Positions 1 through 5,844 of a stretch of DNA of 5,844 bases are shown here, one piece after another (position 1 is the stretch's first letter; every line of letters starts with the position of its first letter). The stretch is from a virus. Its lineage: Duplodnaviria > Heunggongvirae > Uroviricota > Caudoviricetes. The translations under genes and the position numbers were made by a program. The notes beneath the pieces are model-generated. The model searched no databases. It was not told the origin of the DNA and saw nothing but the letters and a program-made list of their open reading frames with translations. The stretch lies in IMG/VR virus record IMGVR_UViG_2529292919_000006. One strand, written 5' to 3'.

Positions 1-233
<233 letters not shown>

Positions 234-249
234 TCATCCGTCGTTGACA

Positions 250-318
250 ACGACCCGGCCAACCCTGAAAGAACTGGCAGCGAAGCTGTCCGGAGGAGTG
301 AATGGTTACAGTCGCTGA
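250..318 (+). pseudogene. Putative 3' remnant of the terminase large subunit gene (lambda A homolog), truncated upstream by the IS insertion
   Basis: Frame 1 is open from the IS tail to TGA at 316-318 and reads ...TTTRPTLKELAAKLSGGVNGYSR*. It overlaps the W start (302), matching the lambda arrangement where A ends overlapping W. Assignment rests on synteny and position, not a verified alignment. Confidence 0.4.
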
Positions 319-508
319 ACTGCAGGCGCTGCGTCAGGCGCGCCTTGATTTATTAACCGGTAAACGGGTGGTGTCTGTCCAGAAAGATGGTCGCAGAATT
401 GAATATACGGCGGCTTCTCTGGATGAGCTTAACCGGGCGATCAATGATGCGGAGTCGGTACTGGGGACAACCCGGCGTCGCCGTCGTCCGCTGGGAGTGA
501 GGTTATGA
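302..508 (+). CDS. W: Head-tail joining / head completion protein W (gpW family), 68 aa
   Basis: 68-aa ORF containing LTGKRVVSVQKDGRRIEYTAASLDEL and an RRRR-rich C-terminus, same length as and clearly similar to lambda gpW as I recall it. GGAGG at 292-296 precedes ATG 302. Stop TGA 506-508 overlaps the portal ATG (ATGA). Confidence 0.9.
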   Translation: MVTVAELQALRQARLDLLTGKRVVSVQKDGRRIEYTAASLDELNRAINDAESVLGTTRRRRRPLGVRL

Positions 509-2097
509 AACGAACGCCTGTCCTGATTGATGTGAACGGCGTTCCGCTTCGTGAGAGTCTCAGCTACAACGGGGGCGGTGCAGGATTTGGCGGGCAAATG
601 GCGGAGTGGTTGCCACCGGCGCAGAGTGCCGATGCGGCCCTGTTGCCCGCGTTGCGTCTGGGCAATGCCCGTGCAGATGATCTGGTGCGCAATAACGGGA
701 TAGCGGCCAATGCGGTGGCCCTGCATAAGGATCATATTGTCGGGCATATGTTTCTGATCAGCTACCGTCCGAACTGGCGCTGGCTGGGGATGCGGGAGAC
801 TGCAGCAAAAAGTTTTGTCGATGAGGTGGAGGCGGCCTGGTCGGAATACGCCGAAGGGATGTCTGGCGAGATCGACGTGGAAGGGAAACGCACGTTTACG
901 GAATTTATCCGTGAAGGTGTGGGCGTTCATGCGTTTAACGGCGAAATCTTTGTGCAGCCGGTCTGGGATACGGAGAGCACGCAACTGTTTCGTACGCGTT
1001 TTAAAGCCGTGAGTCCGAAACGGGTGGACACGCCAGGACACGGTATGGGGAACCGTTTTCTGCGGGCCGGTGTGGAGGTCGATCGATATGGTCGTGCCGT
1101 TGCGTACCATATCTGTGAGGATGATTTTCCGTTCTCCGGGAGTGGACGATGGGAACGGATCCCGCGTGAACTTCCCACCGGGCGTCCGGCCATGCTGCAT
1201 ATTTTCGAGCCGGTGGAGGACGGGCAGACCCGTGGGGCCAATCAGTTTTACAGCGTAATGGAACGGCTGAAGATGCTCGATTCCCTGCAGGCAACACAGC
1301 TTCAGTCGGCCATTGTGAAAGCCATGTATGCAGCGACGATTGAAAGTGACCTTGATACCGAAAAGGCCTTTGAATATATCGCCGGTGCGCCGCAGGGGCA
1401 GAAGGATAATCCGCTTATTAATATTCTGGATAAGTTCTCCACCTGGTATGACACGAATAGCGTGACGCTGGGTGGTGTCAAAATTCCGCACCTTTTCCCC
1501 GGTGATGATCTGAAACTTCAGACTGCGCAGGATTCAGACAATGGATTTTCGGCGCTTGAACAGGCGCTGCTGCGGTATATCGCCGCCGGTCTTGGCGTTT
1601 CCTACGAACAGTTGTCCCGTGATTACTCGAAGGTCAGTTATTCAAGTGCCAGGGCCTCTGCCAATGAGTCGTGGCGCTATTTTATGGGGCGGCGAAAATT
1701 TATTGCGGCCCGGCTGGCCACGCAGATGTTTTCCTGCTGGCTGGAAGAGGCACTTCTTCGGGGGATTATCCGTCCGCCACGGGCGCGTTTTGATTTTTAT
1801 CAGGCGCGATCAGCCTGGTCACGGGCAGAGTGGATTGGTGCCGGAAGAATGGCCATTGACGGGCTCAAGGAGGTTCAGGAATCGGTGATGCGCATTGAGG
1901 CCGGACTGAGCACGTATGAGAAAGAGCTGGCGCTGATGGGCGAGGATTATCAGGACATTTTCCGCCAGCAGGTCAGGGAATCTGCTGAGCGACAAAAAGC
2001 CGGACTCTCACGTCCGGTGTGGATAGCGCAGGCGTATGAGCAGCAGATAGCGGAGAGTCGCAGGCCGGAAGAGGAGACAACACCCCGTGAGACGTAA
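505..2097 (+). CDS. B: Portal protein (lambda gpB family), 530 aa
   Basis: 530-aa ORF with long conserved blocks shared with lambda gpB as I recall it (GNARADDLVRNNG, FEPVEDGQTRGAN.FYSVME, LQSAIVKAMYAATIES, LLRYIAAGLGVSYEQLSR, YSSARASANESW.YFMGRRKF, WIG.GRMAIDGLKEVQE, IEAGLSTYEKE). Lambda gpB is about 533 aa. ATG overlaps the W stop. Confidence 0.95.
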   Translation: MKRTPVLIDVNGVPLRESLSYNGGGAGFGGQMAEWLPPAQSADAALLPALRLGNARADDLVRNNGIAANAVALHKDHIVGHMFLISYRPNWRWLGMRETAAKSFVDEVEAAWSEYAEGMSGEIDVEGKRTFTEFIREGVGVHAFNGEIFVQPVWDTESTQLFRTRFKAVSPKRVDTPGHGMGNRFLRAGVEVDRYGRAVAYHICEDDFPFSGSGRWERIPRELPTGRPAMLHIFEPVEDGQTRGANQFYSVMERLKMLDSLQATQLQSAIVKAMYAATIESDLDTEKAFEYIAGAPQGQKDNPLINILDKFSTWYDTNSVTLGGVKIPHLFPGDDLKLQTAQDSDNGFSALEQALLRYIAAGLGVSYEQLSRDYSKVSYSSARASANESWRYFMGRRKFIAARLATQMFSCWLEEALLRGIIRPPRARFDFYQARSAWSRAEWIGAGRMAIDGLKEVQESVMRIEAGLSTYEKELALMGEDYQDIFRQQVRESAERQKAGLSRPVWIAQAYEQQIAESRRPEEETTPRET

Positions 2098-3593
2098 TCT
2101 TTCACACATTATTGCCGCAGCATTCAATGAACCGCTGCTTCTGGAGCCCGCCTATGCGCGGGTTTTCTTTTGCGCGCTCGGGCGCGAGATGGGGGCATCA
2201 AGTCTTTCGGTACCACAACAGCAGGTACAGTTTGATGCTCCCGGAATGCTGGCTGAAACGGACGAGTACATGGCCGGAGGTAAACGACCGGCCCGTGTTT
2301 ACCGGGTGGTGAACGGTATTGCGGTACTGCCGGTGACCGGCACGCTGGTGGCACCGGCTGGGGGGGATGCGGCCATTTTCCGGAATGACTGGCTATGACG
2401 GCATTGTCGCCTGTCTTCAGCAGGCAATGGCAGATAGCCAGGTGCGGGGCATACTGCTGGACATTGACAGTCCGGCGGGCAGGCCGCCGGCGCGTTTGAC
2501 TGCGCTGACATGATTTACCGCCTCCGTCAGCAGAAGCCGGTCTGGGCACTGTGCAATGACACGGCCTGTTCTGCAGCCATGCTGCTGGCGTCGGCCTGCT
2601 CCCGACGGCTGGTTACCCAGACATCCCGTATCGACTCCATTGGCGTGATGATGAGCCATGTCAGCTATGCCGGTCATCTGGCGCAGGCCGGTGTGGATAT
2701 CACGCTGATTTACTCAGGGGCGCACAAGGTGGATGGCAATCAGTTTGAAGCCTTACCGGCAGAGGTTCGCCAGGACATGCAGCAGCGCATTGATGCGGCG
2801 CGCCGGATGTTTGCCGAAAAAGTGGCCATGTTTACCGGTCTGTCTGTTGATGCCGTCACGGGAACAGAGGCCGCCGTTTTTGAAGGTCAGTCCGGCATTG
2901 ATGCCGGGCTGGCGGATGAATTAGTCAATGCGTCGGATGCCATCAGTGTGATGGCCACGGCGCTGAACAGTAATGTCAGAGGAGGCACTATGCCGCAATT
3001 AACTGCAACGGAAGCCGCCGCGCAGGAGAACCAGCGAGTGATGGGGATCCTGACATGCCAGGAAGCGAAAGGACGTGAACAGCTTGCCACGATGCTGGCA
3101 GGACAACAGGGCATGAGCGTTGAACAGGCCCGGGCGATTCTGGCCGCGGCGGCACCGCAGCAGCCGGTGGCATCCACGCAGAGTGAAGCCGATCGCATTA
3201 TGGCGTGTGAAGAAGCGAACGGTCGTGAACAACTGGCGGCAACGCTGGCGGCGATGCCGGAGATGACGGTGGAAAAAGCCCGCCCGATCCTGGCTGCTTC
3301 ACCGCAGGCGGATGCCGGACCCTCACTCCGTGATCAGATCATGGCGACTGGATGAGGCAAAAGGGGCTGAGGCGCAGGCTGAACAGCTGGCTGCCTGCCC
3401 GGGAATGACTGTGGAGAGCGCCCGGGCTGTGCTGGCTGCGGGATCAGGTAAGGCAGAACCGGTCTCTGCATCCACAACCGCCCTGTTTGAACGCATCATG
3501 GCGAACCATTCACCGGCAGCGGTACAGGGTGGCGTGCCACAGACGTCAGCAGACGGTGATGCGGACGTGGAAATGCTCATGGCCATGCCATGA
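2087..3593 (+). pseudogene. C: Head maturation protease / scaffold gene (lambda C-Nu3 homolog, S49-like serine protease N-domain plus Nu3-like scaffold C-domain), interrupted by three frameshifts
   Basis: Homologous protein sequence is continuous only if the frame changes three times. Segment 1 is 2087-~2366 in frame 2 (GTG start, NEPLLLEPAYARVFFCAL ... NGIAVLPVTGTLVAPAGG). Segment 2 is ~2367-2474 in frame 3 (MRPFSGMTGYDGIVACLQQAMADSQVRGILLDIDSP). Segment 3 is 2474-~3349 in frame 2 (GGQAAGAFDCADMIYRLRQQKPVWAL ... GIDAGLADELVN ... DQIMA). Segment 4 is ~3351-3593 in frame 3 (DEAKGAEAQAEQLAACPGMTVESARAVLAA ... EMLMAMP*). The annotated frame stops at 2396-2398 and 3353-3355. Shift 1 is in a G7 run at 2360-2366, shift 2 at 2472-2476, shift 3 at 3347-3350. 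Confidence 0.8.
3035..3503 (+). repeat. Three tandem, diverged copies of a ~47-53 aa scaffold (Nu3-like) motif; lambda gpC/Nu3 has one copy as I recall it
   Basis: Units RVMGILTCQEAKGREQLATMLAGQQGMSVEQARAILAAAAPQ...ADRIMA; CEEANGREQLAATLAAMPEMTVEKARPILAASPQ...RDQIMA; DEAKGAEAQAEQLAACPGMTVESARAVLAAGSGK...FERIMA. Periods are 159, 141 and 157 nt between the conserved IM(A/G) anchors. Copies are diverged at nucleotide level. Confidence 0.7.
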
Positions 3594-3629
3594 AGCCAGT
3601 GCTGACCATCAACAGGAGGTTTTTACAAT

Positions 3630-3977
3630 ATGGTGACGAAAACTATCACTGAACAGCGTGCGGAAGTACGTATTTTTGCCGGTAATGATCCGGCTCATAC
3701 CGCCACAGGCAGCAGCGGGATTTCCTCGGCAACACCGGCACTGACGCCACTGATGCTGGATGAGGCCACCGGGAAACTGGTGGTCTGGGACGGACAAAAA
3801 GCCGGTAGTGCAGTTGGCATACTGGTACTGCCGCTTGAAGGCACAGAGACGGCGCTGACCTATTACAAGTCGGGGACCTTTGCGACGGAGGCAATCCGCT
3901 GGCCTGAAAGTGTGGATGAACACAAAAAGGCCAACGCCTTTGCCGGCAGTGCCCTGAGTCACGCGGCGCTGCCGTAA
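3630..3977 (+). CDS. D: Head decoration protein (lambda gpD family), 115 aa
   Basis: Motifs DPAHTAT, TPLMLD, KLVVWDG, AVGIL, YKSGTF and AFAG match lambda gpD (110 aa) as I recall it. AGGAGG at 3614-3619 sits 10 nt upstream of ATG 3630. Confidence 0.9.
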   Translation: MVTKTITEQRAEVRIFAGNDPAHTATGSSGISSATPALTPLMLDEATGKLVVWDGQKAGSAVGILVLPLEGTETALTYYKSGTFATEAIRWPESVDEHKKANAFAGSALSHAALP

Positions 3978-3984
3978 CACGTTA

Positions 3985-4006
3985 TCAGGCCACCGCGGTG
4001 GCCTGA
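3985..4006. other. Perfect 22-bp GC-rich palindrome TCAGGCCACCGCGGTGGCCTGA in the D-E intergenic region; possible RNA stem-loop or protein binding site
   Basis: The sequence is exactly self-complementary. It lies 8 nt after the D stop (3975-3977) and 29 nt before the E start. It is followed by ACTGATTTCTGAA, which is only a weak U-tract. Confidence 0.5.
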
Positions 4007-4034
4007 CTGATTTCTGAATGAAAGGAACTGATTT

Positions 4035-5063
4035 ATGGGATTGTTTACGACCCGCCAGTTACTCGGTTATACCGAACAAAAAGTGAAATTTCGTGCGCTG
4101 TTTCTGGAGCTGTTTTTCCGCCGTACGGTGAATTTCCATACCGAAGAGGTGATGCTGGACAAGATTACCGGAAAAACGCCGGTGGCGGCCTATGTTTCCC
4201 CGGTTGTTGAAGGAAAAGTGCTGCGTCATCGTGGTGGTGAAACCCGCGTGTTACGTCCGGGCTACGTCAAGCCGAAACACGAATTTAATTACCAGCAGGC
4301 GGTTGAGCGTCTTCCCGGTGAAGATCCGGCTCAGCTGAACGACCCGGCCTACCGTCGTCTGCGTATCATCACTGATAACCTCAAACAGGAAGAGCACGCC
4401 ATTGTCCAGGTGGAAGAAATGCAGGCGGTGAATGCCGTGCTGTATGGCAAATACACGATGGAAGGAGACCAGTTCGAGAAAATTGAGGTCGATTTTGGCA
4501 GGTCGACGAAGAATAACATCACTCAGGGTAGTGGTAAGGAGTGGTCAAAACAGGATCGTGACACGTTCGATCCTACACATGATCTTGACCTCTACTGCGA
4601 CCAGGCCAGCGGTCTTGTGAATATTGCCATTATGGACGGTACCGTCTGGCGTCTGCTGAATGGCTTTAAATTGTTCCGCGAAAAACTGGATACCCGTCGC
4701 GGCTCTAATTCGCAACTCGAAACAGCGGTGAAAGACCTGGGCGCGGTGGTGTCCTTCAAAGGGTATTACGGCGATCTGGCCATTGTGGTGGCAAAAACGT
4801 CTTATGTGGCAGAGGACGGTACCGAAAAACGTTATCTGCCTGAGGGCTCGCTGGTCCTGGGGAATACGGCAGCAGAGGGCATTCGTTGCTATGGTGCCAT
4901 TCAGGATGCGCAGGCGTTGTCCGAAGGTGTGGTGGCCTCTTCCCGTTATCCGAAACACTGGCTGACGGTAGGGGATCCCGCCCGTGAATTTACCATGACG
5001 CAGTCCGCGCCGCTGATGGTGTTGCCGGACCCGGATGAGTTTGTGGTGGTACAGGTGAAATAA
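4035..5063 (+). CDS. E: Major capsid protein (lambda gpE family), 342 aa
   Basis: 342-aa ORF sharing long blocks with lambda gpE (341 aa) as I recall it: KFRALFLELFFRR, YVSPVVEGKVLRHRGGET, PGYVKPKHE, DPAYRRLRII, VEEMQAV.AVLYGKYTMEG, KLDTRRGSNS.LETAVKDLG, GDPAREFTMTQSAPLM. AAGGA at 4022-4026 precedes ATG 4035. Confidence 0.95.
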   Translation: MGLFTTRQLLGYTEQKVKFRALFLELFFRRTVNFHTEEVMLDKITGKTPVAAYVSPVVEGKVLRHRGGETRVLRPGYVKPKHEFNYQQAVERLPGEDPAQLNDPAYRRLRIITDNLKQEEHAIVQVEEMQAVNAVLYGKYTMEGDQFEKIEVDFGRSTKNNITQGSGKEWSKQDRDTFDPTHDLDLYCDQASGLVNIAIMDGTVWRLLNGFKLFREKLDTRRGSNSQLETAVKDLGAVVSFKGYYGDLAIVVAKTSYVAEDGTEKRYLPEGSLVLGNTAAEGIRCYGAIQDAQALSEGVVASSRYPKHWLTVGDPAREFTMTQSAPLMVLPDPDEFVVVQVK

Positions 5064-5070
5064 TCCGTGA

Positions 5071-5100
5071 GCGGGGGCGAAATGCCCCCGTGTCTTTTTT
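5071..5100 (+). terminator. Putative rho-independent terminator / attenuator immediately downstream of the major capsid gene
   Basis: Stem CGGGGGC (5072-5078) / GCCCCCG (5084-5090) with GAAAT loop, then TGTC and T6 (5095-5100). The 4-nt spacer before the T-run makes it less than canonical. Confidence 0.5.
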
Positions 5101-5114
5101 CACAGGGGGATGAT

Positions 5115-5489
5115 ATGGCAACGAAAGAGCAAAATCTGAAACGGCTTGATGAACTGGCCCTGATTCTGGGGCGTGAGCCGGATATATCCGGGAGTGCCGC
5201 AGAGATAGCGCAGCGGGTGGCAGAATGGGAAGAGGAAATGCAGTCATCCGGCGATGATGTACAGGTTATGAATATGGATATCCGGGAGAGGGAAAACGCG
5301 GCTCATGATGTTCGTGAGGAAACATCCGGCGCGTTAACGCGCATCAGAGTTCTGACCTGCCTCCATCTCTGTGGCGTTGATGGTGAAACGGGGGAATCCG
5401 TTGAGCTTGCGGATGTTGGTCGGGTGATTCTGATTATGTCCTCAGATGCAAAAACACACGTTGATGGTGGAATGGCTGTTTATGCGTGA
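5115..5489 (+). CDS. FI: DNA packaging protein FI-like, 124 aa
   Basis: Position between E and FII as in lambda. Acidic protein with weak N-terminal resemblance to lambda gpFI (GREPDISGSAAEIAQRVAEWEEEM versus the lambda region around LTGTKEELALRVAELKEEL, from memory). ATG 5115 is preceded by AGGGGGA (5104-5110). The GTG at 5067 offered by the ORF track lies inside the terminator hairpin and is less likely. Stop TGA 5487-5489 overlaps the FII start. Confidence 0.7.
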   Translation: MATKEQNLKRLDELALILGREPDISGSAAEIAQRVAEWEEEMQSSGDDVQVMNMDIRERENAAHDVREETSGALTRIRVLTCLHLCGVDGETGESVELADVGRVILIMSSDAKTHVDGGMAVYA

Positions 5490-5835
5490 TTTTCAGAATG
5501 CCTTTGATGCCGCCCTTGCCGGGGTGGACAGTACGATTGTTGAAGTGATGGGCATCAGTGCGCAGTTCACCTCGGGGGCACAGTGTGGCAGCGAAGTTCA
5601 GGGGGTTTTTGACGATCCGGAGTCGCTGGGGTTTGCCGGTAGCGGGGTCCGTATTGAAGGAAGCTGCCCGTCATTATTTGTACGGACGGATACGGTTCGT
5701 GCTGTGCGGCGTGGTGACACGCTGACCATTAATGGTGAGACATTCTGGGTGGATCGTGTTTCTCCGGATGACGGGGGCAGTTGTTATCTCTGGCTCAACC
5801 GTGGGCAACCACCGGCAGTTAACCGGCGACGATAA
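5482..5835 (+). CDS. FII: Head-tail connector / head completion protein FII (gpFII family), 117 aa
   Basis: From ATG 5482 the protein is MRDFQNAFDAALAG...GVFDDPES...GSGVRIEGSCPSLFVRTDTVRAVRRGDTLTINGETFWVDRVSPDDGGSCYLWLNRGQPPAVNRRR, near-identical in its C-terminal half to lambda gpFII as I recall it and the same length (117 aa). The upstream ATG at 5446 in the ORF track would add 12 residues without homology. ATGCGTGA start/stop overlap with FI. Confidence 0.9.
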   Translation: MRDFQNAFDAALAGVDSTIVEVMGISAQFTSGAQCGSEVQGVFDDPESLGFAGSGVRIEGSCPSLFVRTDTVRAVRRGDTLTINGETFWVDRVSPDDGGSCYLWLNRGQPPAVNRRR

Positions 5836-5844
5836 ACGCAGGGT

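Noticed and set aside
334-1491. 385-aa ORF on the minus strand
   Set aside because: It lies entirely antisense to the strongly conserved portal gene. The translation is low-complexity and rich in R/H/P with no recognisable motifs, and there is no plausible RBS. This is a typical spurious antisense ORF in GC-rich coding sequence.
1541-1888. 115-aa + strand ORF in an alternative frame inside the portal gene
   Set aside because: Fully embedded in the portal coding frame, which is conserved end to end. Composition is Arg/Pro/Gly-rich as expected from out-of-frame reading of GC-rich sequence.
2124-2677. Minus-strand ORFs of 141, 70 and 86 aa overlapping the C protease region
   Set aside because: Antisense to a conserved protease coding region, with low-complexity translations and no start-site signals.
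2360-3350. Programmed ribosomal frameshifting as the explanation for the frame changes in C
   Set aside because: There is no recognisable slippery heptamer followed by a stimulatory structure. Three shifts of mixed sign would be needed, and the in-frame stop codons arrive quickly after each shift. Mutation or sequencing indels are far more parsimonious.
3609-3980. 123-aa minus-strand ORF and 82-aa minus-strand ORF antisense to the decoration gene
   Set aside because: The + strand ORF has clear lambda gpD-like motifs and a strong Shine-Dalgarno. The antisense ORFs show no protein-like features.
4432-4965. Small + and - strand ORFs (62, 137 and 60 aa) inside the major capsid gene
   Set aside because: Embedded in or antisense to the conserved major capsid frame. 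No independent support.
5067-5114. Upstream GTG (5067) or ATG (5082) start for FI, giving a 140-aa protein
   Set aside because: These codons lie inside the predicted terminator hairpin and have no Shine-Dalgarno. ATG 5115 has AGGGGGA at the correct spacing. Kept only as an alternative.

Overview
The window is the head-morphogenesis (late) module of a lambda-like prophage, all on the + strand, preceded by the right end of an IS21-family insertion sequence. Gene order is: istB 3' end and IS terminus (1-~249), a short terminase large subunit (A) 3' remnant (~250-318), W (302-508), portal B (505-2097), head protease/scaffold C-Nu3 (2087-3593, broken by three frameshifts), decoration protein D (3630-3977), major capsid E (4035-5063), a hairpin terminator, FI (5115-5489) and FII (5482-5835). 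The IS appears to have truncated the terminase gene and the C gene is frameshifted, so this looks like a defective (cryptic) prophage rather than an inducible phage. I see no evidence of a novel defence or other undescribed system here; the points of interest are the IS/phage junction, the C-gene frameshifts, a triplicated scaffold repeat and two intergenic hairpins. All protein assignments come from reading the ORF translations against remembered lambda head proteins; no database search was run.
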